A stretch of DNA of 64,000 nt from Myxococcota bacterium (lineage in GTDB: Bacteria; Myxococcota_A; UBA9160; UBA6930). Every line of letters starts with the position of its first letter. Position 1 is the stretch's first letter. The notes beneath the pieces are model-generated. The model was not told where the DNA came from. It saw only the letters and a list, made by a program, of their open reading frames with translations, and did not search any database. Both the position numbers and the translations under genes were made by a program. Shown here piece by piece: positions 27,432 through 35,662 of this stretch. Where the stretch lies: positions 3,904,001-3,968,000 of the forward strand of contig OZ245015.1 in the NCBI GenBank assembly GCA_965223705.1. The letters run 5' to 3'.

Positions 27432-30400
27432 GTTGCGTCCGCGCTCCGGATCGCCGCTTCCCCAGCCAGTACCAGGCCAGACACAGCTGCGCCGGGAAGC
27501 TCAGCGCGATGGCCCATGCGAGACGGCGCGGCGGGGTGGGTAGGCCGGCGAGCGCCGTCGGAGCACAACCGCCCCCTCCCGGTGCTACCGGCAACGCGGG
27601 TGGGGCCAGACCGAGCGTGAGCTCTTTGCGCTGGTTACCGGCGAAGGGCGCCGGTGTGCGCAGGCCAGCCGGAGCGGGAAACCGTGTCACGATGGCCTGG
27701 CGAACCCGTTGCCCTGCGACGAAACCGAGTGGGGTCCCCGCGGCGATCGCGACGACCGGCGCGCTCGCACCCGAAAGCGGTCCGAGAAGGGCAACGCCGG
27801 TCCCGATGGCCTCGAGCGAGTCGTTGACCAGCGGCGTCACCTCGCTGCCGAGGCCGATGACCGCTCCGCTCGAGAAGGTCGCGAGACCGACACCCGCCGC
27901 GAGGACCGGGATCGTCGGTGCGGCGACGGCGATCGCGACGCCCGTCACGAAACCCACGCCCGCGACTCCGACGGCTCCGGCAAACGCGGCTTGTGCGCTG
28001 TTGCCGGTCGGATCTTCGAACCAGATGGGGTTGCCCAGGGTATACGTGTATTGGTTGATCGCCTGGTGGACGGGGTCGGGTGCCAAGAACCGCCCGATCT
28101 CGGGATCGTAAGGGCGTCCACCGAGGATCAGGAGCGGCCCCGCCGACGAACCGCGATCGAAACCGGGTCGGTACCCGCCGTCACCGAGCCTCGCGACCTC
28201 CCCGAACGGGCTGTAGTCCGCGAGAAACACGACGTGGCCGGCCGCGTCGGTTGCGGAGATCACGTGTCCCCGCTCATCGAAGTGGCGATACTCATCCCCA
28301 GAACCGTCGAGCCCTACCCGGATCTCCCCGAGTTCCAATGCCGACGGGCGACCGGCACCGTCGACCTCGAGCCATCCCCCGAAGACGAGTCGGCGCTCTC
28401 GGACGCCGTCCCGCTCTCGTCGGATACGCCCCCAGGCGTCGTACTCGGCTCGGTAGCGATCGCCGAGCTCGAGCAAGCGCCCCGAGGCGTTCCAACGAAG
28501 CGGTTCGACTCCGCGCAAGACCGCGAGGCCCGCCTCGTCATAGGCGTAGTCGACGCCGTGAGAGGATCTCTGCAAGCGGTTGCGTTCCGCGTTGTAGAGG
28601 GGCTCGGGCTGCACGAGCTGCCGGCCATCGGACATCAACCAAGAAACACCCGAGCGATTCCCGAGAGCATCGAATGCGTAGTGCACACCGGCGCGGTCGC
28701 CGCGCGTCGCGTACCAACGCCGGAGGCGCGACGCGACCGGGCGATCGAAGCCGCCGGGAAACGCCAGGAAGTGTTTCGCGATGAAGGACGCCTGCAAACC
28801 TCGATAGGCCGAACGCGTGCGCAGCGTGTAGAGCTGCGCTTCCGTCCCGGTGAGCGGCGTCCGAAAGACCTGATCGATCTGCACGTGCCCGCTGGCATCG
28901 CGCAAGTCCGTCCGCCCCACACTGCCGTCGGCTGCGTACGTGACGGTTTGGGTGAGGCCGTTCCGGTAGCTGCGCGCTCGCAGTCGCCCGTCTTCGAAGC
29001 GGCGCTCGATCAGGGACACGCCCCCGAGCGCAACCGAGACCTCCCGACCGGCACCGTCGTAGCCGTACGAAAGACGAGCGATCTCATCGGCCCCGGAACG
29101 GAGCCGAACCTCGGCCGGTCGGCCCGCTGCGTCTCGTTCGACCCACAAACTGCGGCCGTCGGCATAGTGGAGCTCGCGCAGGCGGCCGAGCGGATCGTAA
29201 GCGTAGGACTCCGACACACCGGATCGGGGATCCGCGCTGCGCACGAGTCGACCGCGGTCGTAGTCGAACGTGAGATGCTGCTCGAGACGCCCGGCGCCCT
29301 CGTGACCGGTTCTCGTGGGATTGCCATCCGCGTCGTACTCCCAGTACGTCGACGTTCCGTTCGGTCGATCTTCGCGCGTGATTCTTCCGGTCGCGTCGTA
29401 GGTAAAGGTCGTCGCGCGTACGCGTCCGTCGGAACGCTCGAGCCGTGCGACGAGCTCCCCGAACTCGTTGTATCGGAATCGGGTCTCGCCCGAGATTCCA
29501 TTCACTGCCGGCGGGGTGATGCTGCGCCGCTTACCGTCCGCTCGGTGCGCGATCTCCAGGTACGACGTGGTGTGGGAACCGTCGAGGTTGAGATTCGCGA
29601 GGGTGAGGCGCCGGACATTGCGGTCGGCGTCAAATTCTCGAGCGACAATGCCGCCCCTCCCCGAAGCGGTGTCTCCCGCGGTCGCGAACCCCGAAGTGAG
29701 GTTTCCCACCGCGTCGTAGGCGCGATACGTGGTGGAATTTCCCGAGCGGATCCGGGTGGGCCGGCCGTGCTCGCCGTACCCGTCGAAGGTTACGTTGTCG
29801 CCCCACGGCGTCGTCGTCCAAGCGAGATTCCCGGCGGCGTCGTAGCCGAATGTGCTCCGTTCTCCCTCCCCGTTCTCGCGAAAAATCATTCGTCCCTGCG
29901 CGTCGAACCCCTGGCGCACCAACACTTGGCCCTCGAGGGTCGCTTCGCGGAGTGCCGATCGATCCGGTCGCTCGCGATTTTCCGCCGCCGCGTCGTACCG
30001 GAACGCAAGCTCGGATCCGTCGGGCCGTCGTATCCCGGCAAGGTCATCGTTCTCGTAAGCGAATCGCGTCTCGAATCCGTGCGGGTCGCGAAAGCTCGCC
30101 GGCCGTAGGCCCGACCAGCTCCATCGGGACGCCGCGCCCGTCGGGGATACGTACGAGCGGATACGCATCGAACGGTCGAACGTGACGCGATGGCTCGCGC
30201 CACCGGGATCGGTCCAGTGCGTCGACAACTCGCCGGACGGTTCCTCGACGACGGAGTAGAACCAGAATCGATAGGTCCCACGACCGTGTGCAATCGCGTC
30301 GACCCGAGCTCCGCTGTAGCGGAACAATGTGTACTCGCCGTCCGGCGTAGCCCACCCGTAGAGTTGGCCATTGGCGTATGCGTAGCGGGCCCCGCCCGTG

Positions 30401-31095
30401 CCCTCCTCGACGTCAAACCCGTCGCGCGACCGCACGAGATCGCCGTTTGCGTCATACGTGAATTGCGCTTCGCGAGCCGCGCGGTCGCGCAGGGTGACGA
30501 CACGACCCGCCGCGTCGCGCGCCAGAGAGAACAACATCTCAGGAGGGCCGTCTACGGGTTCCTGCTCGATCCGCGCGACGGCGCCCGCCGCGTCCCGGAC
30601 GAAGCGGATTCTCGGAAGATCCGAGCCGCTGCGGTGTATGTGCGTGAGTCGCCCGGCGACGTCAAAGACGTAGACGACGCCGCCTTTGGTCCTCACGCGG
30701 CGGCTGTCGACGCGCACCCAGTGACTACCCGGGATCGGCTTTCCGTCACCCACCAGAGCCGTCGGGTAGCGCGCTCCGGTTTCGTCGCGAAACTCCGCAC
30801 CGTCGTATCGGAGGTCGAAACTCCACTGCCAGGCTTGATTCGCTGTGTTGTAGTAACCGCCGACGCCGAAGGGCCCGATCCGTGTCTCGAGATCGAGGTC
30901 CGCGCGGCGGAGCAATAGATTGCCCGAACCCAAATGGAGAAAGCCACCGGGCACCGGTTGGACCAGTAGCGTTTGGTAGTCGGGCAAGCCCGGTTCGGGC
31001 TCGGGAACAACAGCTCCACTCGGGTTCGCCCACAGCGAAGCGAAACAGAGTAAGAGAACCGTGCAGGCCCTGCGAAAACCGTCGATCCACGGCAT
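27421..31095 (-). CDS. Rhs/YD-repeat protein, 1224 aa, with Sec-type signal peptide and a C-terminal GGGGC-TM-basic tail
   Basis: Many YDxxGR/YDxxGN repeats; N-terminal DUF6531-like segment; Rhs core YDPEIGRFLAPDP...NQYTYTLGNPIWFEDPTG; hydrophobic G/A-rich tip. Confidence 0.92.
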   Translation of the reverse strand: MPWIDGFRRACTVLLLCFASLWANPSGAVVPEPEPGLPDYQTLLVQPVPGGFLHLGSGNLLLRRADLDLETRIGPFGVGGYYNTANQAWQWSFDLRYDGAEFRDETGARYPTALVGDGKPIPGSHWVRVDSRRVRTKGGVVYVFDVAGRLTHIHRSGSDLPRIRFVRDAAGAVARIEQEPVDGPPEMLFSLARDAAGRVVTLRDRAAREAQFTYDANGDLVRSRDGFDVEEGTGGARYAYANGQLYGWATPDGEYTLFRYSGARVDAIAHGRGTYRFWFYSVVEEPSGELSTHWTDPGGASHRVTFDRSMRIRSYVSPTGAASRWSWSGLRPASFRDPHGFETRFAYENDDLAGIRRPDGSELAFRYDAAAENRERPDRSALREATLEGQVLVRQGFDAQGRMIFRENGEGERSTFGYDAAGNLAWTTTPWGDNVTFDGYGEHGRPTRIRSGNSTTYRAYDAVGNLTSGFATAGDTASGRGGIVAREFDADRNVRRLTLANLNLDGSHTTSYLEIAHRADGKRRSITPPAVNGISGETRFRYNEFGELVARLERSDGRVRATTFTYDATGRITREDRPNGTSTYWEYDADGNPTRTGHEGAGRLEQHLTFDYDRGRLVRSADPRSGVSESYAYDPLGRLRELHYADGRSLWVERDAAGRPAEVRLRSGADEIARLSYGYDGAGREVSVALGGVSLIERRFEDGRLRARSYRNGLTQTVTYAADGSVGRTDLRDASGHVQIDQVFRTPLTGTEAQLYTLRTRSAYRGLQASFIAKHFLAFPGGFDRPVASRLRRWYATRGDRAGVHYAFDALGNRSGVSWLMSDGRQLVQPEPLYNAERNRLQRSSHGVDYAYDEAGLAVLRGVEPLRWNASGRLLELGDRYRAEYDAWGRIRRERDGVRERRLVFGGWLEVDGAGRPSALELGEIRVGLDGSGDEYRHFDERGHVISATDAAGHVVFLADYSPFGEVARLGDGGYRPGFDRGSSAGPLLILGGRPYDPEIGRFLAPDPVHQAINQYTYTLGNPIWFEDPTGNSAQAAFAGAVGVAGVGFVTGVAIAVAAPTIPVLAAGVGLATFSSGAVIGLGSEVTPLVNDSLEAIGTGVALLGPLSGASAPVVAIAAGTPLGFVAGQRVRQAIVTRFPAPAGLRTPAPFAGNQRKELTLGLAPPALPVAPGGGGCAPTALAGLPTPPRRLAWAIALSFPAQLCLAWYWLGKRRSGARTQHGA

Positions 31096-31101
31096 GAAGC
31101 G

Positions 31102-31719
31102 TCACCATCGGAACCGGAGAAGAGCGGGTGAGAGGGAAACCGCGCAACCGGCGGCGATCCACACACCGGCTGCGACGAACACGAATGTCGATGCGGGGGC
31201 GTCGCTCTGCATCTGAAGGAGGACACGCAGGCAACCGCCGACGACGAGGTAGGCGGCACCGCCCAGGGCGCGCACCGCGGCGTGTACGGCGAGCCAACCC
31301 GCGCACTCGGCGAGGACCCACCCGTAGGCGCCTCCCGCGGCGGTGCAGCAAGCTCCGGCGATGCAGCCCAGCCGGGCCAAGGCGCTCGGCAACGCGAGAG
31401 TTTCGAGTGACGCGCGGATAAACGGGAGGCGCCGGCCGCGGGGCTGCAACAGCGCAACAGCCCCGAAGCCGACCGGCAATCCGAAAAGCGTCGCCCCGCC
31501 GCCGAGCGACAACCACTCGCGAGAAGGTGGCCAGCCACCCGCCGCGAAGAGCGCGAGGCCGCGCGCGGCCGCGGCACTCACCACCATGCTCGCGAGATAA
31601 GGGACAAGCGAAAGGCGGCCGGCCGATCCGGCGACGCCCGCCCAGAAGGCGGCGCACCAGCAGGCGAACTGAAGTGCGAGGCGTTCGTCCGCGGACAACA
31701 CGAGCCGCGAAGAGAGCAA
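31102..31719 (-). CDS. Divergent, short prolipoprotein diacylglyceryl transferase (Lgt)-like membrane protein
   Basis: Ordered Lgt-like motifs: AAAARGL (GARL), GGGATLFG (GGxSxxGG), ALARLGCIAGACC (GRxGCFxxGCC), VLAE (QLYE) and YLVVGGCLRV...D (Y...RF...D). Confidence 0.65.
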   Translation of the reverse strand: MLSSRLVLSADERLALQFACWCAAFWAGVAGSAGRLSLVPYLASMVVSAAAARGLALFAAGGWPPSREWLSLGGGATLFGLPVGFGAVALLQPRGRRLPFIRASLETLALPSALARLGCIAGACCTAAGGAYGWVLAECAGWLAVHAAVRALGGAAYLVVGGCLRVLLQMQSDAPASTFVFVAAGVWIAAGCAVSLSPALLRFRW

Positions 31720-31814
31720 GGGACGTGCCGGCTCAGTTCATTCGCTAGCGGCCGGAACGCGGCCGTGGTGCTATGCGACGGCCACGGTTGGCCGCCGGTC
31801 GGCGACCGCTTTAG

Positions 31815-32162
31815 CTAAAGGCTCTTCGCCTGCTCTTCCGCCCAGTCGCCCACCCAAGGCAACTTGAAGCGCTCGCCTCGGAACGCTTGCACCATGAGAA
31901 TGACCCAGACGACAAACGTCACCATCGGCAGGAAGAACCCGACGAGGGGGCCGATCAGGGGGATCATCCAGGTCCCGACCGATGCCACGAAGAACGCGCC
32001 GAACGTCACCAGGGATTGGTACGCATGGAAACGGACGAAGCGGCTCTCGCGTTCGAGCACGAGAAACAAGATGCCCGTGACAAAGCCGAGCAAGTAACAG
32101 AGGGCGCCCGCCAGCTCGGGATCGAGCCCGCTCGAAGAAATTTCCCGACTCGGTTCTTCCAC
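31815..32162 (-). CDS. DUF4870/Tic20-like small membrane protein
   Basis: GALCYLLGFVTGI...FVRFHAYQS...FKLPWVGDWAE. Confidence 0.8.
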   Translation of the reverse strand: MEEPSREISSSGLDPELAGALCYLLGFVTGILFLVLERESRFVRFHAYQSLVTFGAFFVASVGTWMIPLIGPLVGFFLPMVTFVVWVILMVQAFRGERFKLPWVGDWAEEQAKSL

Positions 32163-32174
32163 AACGCCTCCAGG

Positions 32175-33155
32175 CTAGTCGCTCGGTTCGAGGCTCGAAG
32201 ACGTGCAGTGTCCGTCGACCGAGCGTCGGAGCGCTTGCGCTTCTCCGACGGTGAGCACTTCGAACCGGTAGAGATCTCCGGGCTTCGATTGTCCGAGCTT
32301 CCAAAACGCGCCCGATGGCACGGTGTAGGGACAAATGAAGCCGCCCATGCTCGGTGCATCATTCACCAAGATGATGGGTGTTTGCCCCCCGAGATTGATG
32401 CCGCCCAAGGGATAGCCCTGATCGAGAATGTTCGACGGCTCGGAGCCGTGCTCGGGTCCTTTGTTCGTCGCTTTCTCGGTGAAGGTCCAGTCGGGTCCCT
32501 CCAGGCGGTAGCCGGAACGACCACTTTGTGCGGACAGTTTCCAGGCGGTCGACAAGAAACGTTCGTGCCCTGCGGCATCGACCCAATCGTCGTTCGGTCC
32601 GGCAACCACTTCGATCGTCCAGGATTTGTCGGTGGCGATCGGGGGCCGGTGTGCTTCGGCGACACGTTTGCCAGGCGTGCCCGATCCGGATCCCAATTCG
32701 AGCGCTTGACCCTTTTGGATCGGACCTCCGTCGAACCCCCCGACGTTCGCGCCGACGAACGTCGAGCGTGAACCGAGCAGCACCGGCGCCTCGATACCGC
32801 CGGCGAAGGCCAAGTACGCGCGCGCCCCGACCTTCGCGAGACCGGTCACCAGGGTCTGCCCCTTTGCGACGGAAACGCTGGTCCACATCGGGATCGGCTC
32901 ACCATCGAGTTTCGGCGCGACGTCGGCCCCGCACAGCGCGATCGTCGCCTCCTCATCGAAGCGCAGCGTCGGTCCCATGAGTTGTACTTCGAGCCCGGGA
33001 TCCCCGGCTTCGTTTCCGACCAACAGGTTCGCGAGACGGAACGACCAGGAATCCATCGGTCCCGAAGGGGGGAACCCCTGGTTCCAGTAACCGATGCGCC
33101 CCGGGAAATCTTGCACGCAGGTTTGAATGCCCGGCTTTTCGACGAAAATGCTCAT
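32175..33155 (-). CDS. Carboxyltransferase A/B-domain protein (PxpC / urea-amidolyase-related)
   Basis: TCVQDFPGRIGYW..G.PPSGPMD, ANLLVGN, GGIEAPVLLGSRST and GRSGYRL motifs; ATG at 33155. Confidence 0.85.
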   Translation of the reverse strand: MSIFVEKPGIQTCVQDFPGRIGYWNQGFPPSGPMDSWSFRLANLLVGNEAGDPGLEVQLMGPTLRFDEEATIALCGADVAPKLDGEPIPMWTSVSVAKGQTLVTGLAKVGARAYLAFAGGIEAPVLLGSRSTFVGANVGGFDGGPIQKGQALELGSGSGTPGKRVAEAHRPPIATDKSWTIEVVAGPNDDWVDAAGHERFLSTAWKLSAQSGRSGYRLEGPDWTFTEKATNKGPEHGSEPSNILDQGYPLGGINLGGQTPIILVNDAPSMGGFICPYTVPSGAFWKLGQSKPGDLYRFEVLTVGEAQALRRSVDGHCTSSSLEPSD

Positions 33156-33162
33156 ATCGCCT

Positions 33163-34032
33163 CTAGAATCGCTGTTCGGCGTCGATGGTGGACGCCCAGG
33201 CCTTGTATTGCCCCAACGAGAACTTCTGATACTCGACGACGTTGTACACGTAGGTGCCTTCTTTGACCCGCGCTTCCACTTCCTCGAATTCTTCCTGGGT
33301 GACGGGGATGTACCGATTGCGATCGCCCGCTCGAAACAACACGATCTCCCCGTCGAAGACGTCGTAGCGCGACGCCGTGTCCCAGATCGGAACCGGGGTG
33401 CGTCCGAAGATCTGATAGCCACCGGGGGTTTCCGCCGGGTAGATACAGGTACACGCACCGCCCATTCCGACGGCGCCCTGGGGCGTGAACGTGCGGGGAG
33501 GATTGTACTTCGGAGCGGTGAGTCGGGAACGCGGATCGAGGGGCATCGTAAACGCCACGCCGGGGTAGAAGCCCAGTGCTGCCGCCCAGTACTCCGTCGC
33601 CGAGTGAACTCGCACCAAATGATCGGCGTCTTCCAAGCCGTTGATCCGCGCGACAAAATCCGGATCGAATTCTTTCGGGGTGACCTCACGGCAGTAGTCT
33701 TCGATGCACTGACGCGTCCACGGATCGAGGTACATCGTCTCGAACATGAAGAGGCGACTCGCGACTTCGATCTCGTCGACGGGTCCCAGGTTCGACTGCA
33801 GCGAGCGCAGCTCTCGACACAAATCTTCGTAGCCCACGCGATCCGGGTCGTAGTGCACCAACAGTGTCGCGAAGCACGGCGCGGTTTCGATGACGCCGGT
33901 TGTGCCGTTTTCGTCGATCGCCCGCGCCAAGCCCTGGGCGAGGAAGTTGATCTCGAGCGACATCGAATCGCCGAGCTCGACCAACACGTAGCGGTCGCCG
34001 CCCGGGAGATAGCGCGGTTCTTCGTACAGCAA
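33163..34032 (-). CDS. Carboxyltransferase C/D-domain protein (PxpB / allophanate hydrolase subunit 1-related)
   Basis: GDRYVLVE, GFYPG, PKYNPPRTFTPQGAVG and TPGGYQIFGRTP motifs. Confidence 0.85.
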   Translation of the reverse strand: MLYEEPRYLPGGDRYVLVELGDSMSLEINFLAQGLARAIDENGTTGVIETAPCFATLLVHYDPDRVGYEDLCRELRSLQSNLGPVDEIEVASRLFMFETMYLDPWTRQCIEDYCREVTPKEFDPDFVARINGLEDADHLVRVHSATEYWAAALGFYPGVAFTMPLDPRSRLTAPKYNPPRTFTPQGAVGMGGACTCIYPAETPGGYQIFGRTPVPIWDTASRYDVFDGEIVLFRAGDRNRYIPVTQEEFEEVEARVKEGTYVYNVVEYQKFSLGQYKAWASTIDAEQRF

Positions 34033-34126
34033 GGGCCCCTCCAGCGGGCCATTGTGTACCGGACGACGCCTGGGCTCAAGGCCGGGGGGCGGCAGCGAAG
34101 CCGGGGCGGAAGGCCGGGGCTAGGGC

Positions 34127-35470
34127 CTAGTCGCGATAGAGCGAAAGGCGGTCCGCGACGCGCTCCCGAAGCTCCGTGTCGAGGACGCCGAGACCTTCTT
34201 GCGGTGCGAGGCACAGGATGCCGACCTTGCCCTCGTGCTCGTTGCGGTGCACGGAGAGGGCGGCCTCACCGGCTTGCTCGAGGGGGAAGGTCTTCGACAA
34301 CGTCGGATGGATCGCACCCTTCGCGATGAGGCGGTTCGCCTCCCACGCTTCGCGGTAGTTCGCGAAGTGCGTGCCGATGATGCGCTTCAGGTTCATCCAC
34401 AGGTAGCGGTTGTCGTAGACGTGCTCATAGCCCGACGTCGACGCGCAGGTCACGATCGTCCCGCCGCGTCGCGCGACAAAGACGCTCGCGGCAAAGGTCG
34501 CCCGGCCGGGGTGTTCGAACACGATGTCCGGATCTTCTCCACCGGTGAGCTCGCGGATCTGCGAGCCGAAGCGGCGCATTTCGCGAACGTCCATCTGTCC
34601 GTCCTCGGTCCAGAAGTCGTAGCCTTCGGCCTTCCGATCGATCACGCGATCACAGCCCAAGCGCTTGACGATGTCGACCCGGCTTTCGCTCGAAACCACG
34701 CCCACCGGGAACGCCCCGCCGTTCAGGGCGTACTGCGTCGCGTACCCGCCGAGGCCGCCCGACGCGCCCCAGACGAGCACGTTGTCGCCCTGCTTCATGG
34801 CCGCACCGTTCCGGGAAACGAGCTGCCGGTAGGCGGTGGAGTTCGTCAAGCCGTTGCAGGCCGCTTCTTCCCACGTCAAGTGAGGGGGCTTCGGCATCAG
34901 TTGGTTCGAGCGCACGAGCGCGACGTCCGCCATACCGCCGAAGTTCGTTTCGAACCCCCAAATGGTCTGGTTCGGATCCAACATCGAGTCGTCGTGCCCG
35001 TCCGGAGACTCCATGTCGACGTAGTTGCAGTGCACCACGACGCGGTCGCCGGGCTTCCAGCGCGTGACGCCGGGTCCGACGCGCAACACCACGCCGGACG
35101 CATCGCTCCCGACGATGTGATACGGCAAGTCGTGGCGCGCCCAGAATTCGTCGCGGCGTCCGTTGCGGGCGAGGAACGCGAAGGTCGAGATCGGCTCGAA
35201 GATCGACGTCCACACCGTGTTGAAGTTGACGGCCGAGGCCATCACGGCGATCAGAGCCTCATTCGGGCCCAAGTCGGGAAGCGGAACCTCATCGACGTGC
35301 AGGGATTTGCGGGGATCCTTCTCGTCGCTCTCGAGGCCTTCGAAGATCAGTTCTTCATCGCGGTGGGTCGTAACGGCGCGTACCCGCTCGGGTAGCGGCA
35401 GACCCAGGATTTCGTCTGACGAGGCACGGGCCTCAATCGCCTCGACGAGAGGCGCAAGCGTGGGGGGCAT
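34127..35470 (-). CDS. ccr: Crotonyl-CoA carboxylase/reductase
   Basis: VMASAVNFNTVW, GSDASGVV, IWGFETNFGG, WGASGGLG, VFEHPG and YLWMNLKRIIGTHFAN motifs. Confidence 0.93.
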   Translation of the reverse strand: MPPTLAPLVEAIEARASSDEILGLPLPERVRAVTTHRDEELIFEGLESDEKDPRKSLHVDEVPLPDLGPNEALIAVMASAVNFNTVWTSIFEPISTFAFLARNGRRDEFWARHDLPYHIVGSDASGVVLRVGPGVTRWKPGDRVVVHCNYVDMESPDGHDDSMLDPNQTIWGFETNFGGMADVALVRSNQLMPKPPHLTWEEAACNGLTNSTAYRQLVSRNGAAMKQGDNVLVWGASGGLGGYATQYALNGGAFPVGVVSSESRVDIVKRLGCDRVIDRKAEGYDFWTEDGQMDVREMRRFGSQIRELTGGEDPDIVFEHPGRATFAASVFVARRGGTIVTCASTSGYEHVYDNRYLWMNLKRIIGTHFANYREAWEANRLIAKGAIHPTLSKTFPLEQAGEAALSVHRNEHEGKVGILCLAPQEGLGVLDTELRERVADRLSLYRD

Positions 35471-35662
35471 TCTTTCGCTCCTAAAACCTCAATGTCCGTG
35501 AGTGTCCCGGAACCCTCCAACCGTAACGCGACCTGTGCGGACTGAGAGTCACCGCCTGGGCTTTCGTCTCCTCGTGCGGTCCGGGAGCGACGGTTCCGGT
35601 CACCCTATATATTCGGCCAGCTTTTTACCTCACTTGGCCCCAGCGGGGCACGGAGATCGACG

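Noticed and set aside
27709..30108. 799-aa plus-strand ORF inside the Rhs gene
   Set aside because: Antisense shadow ORF; the minus strand carries the clear YD repeats.
25665..31750. Rhs operon as a T6SS effector locus or mobile element
   Set aside because: No PAAR, VgrG or EagR/DUF1795 genes, no transposase or integrase, and no terminal repeats were recognised. The Rhs has a Sec-type signal instead.
32175..34214. 679-aa ORF suggesting a fused or frameshifted carboxyltransferase
   Set aside because: The N-terminal 353 aa are an off-frame reading of the PxpB-like gene. The real gene starts at ATG 33155, 7 nt after the upstream stop.
35471..35662. Cobalamin riboswitch or operator between ccr and the CitE-like gene
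   Set aside because: No B12-box or convincing palindrome is visible; only an AT-rich promoter-like patch.
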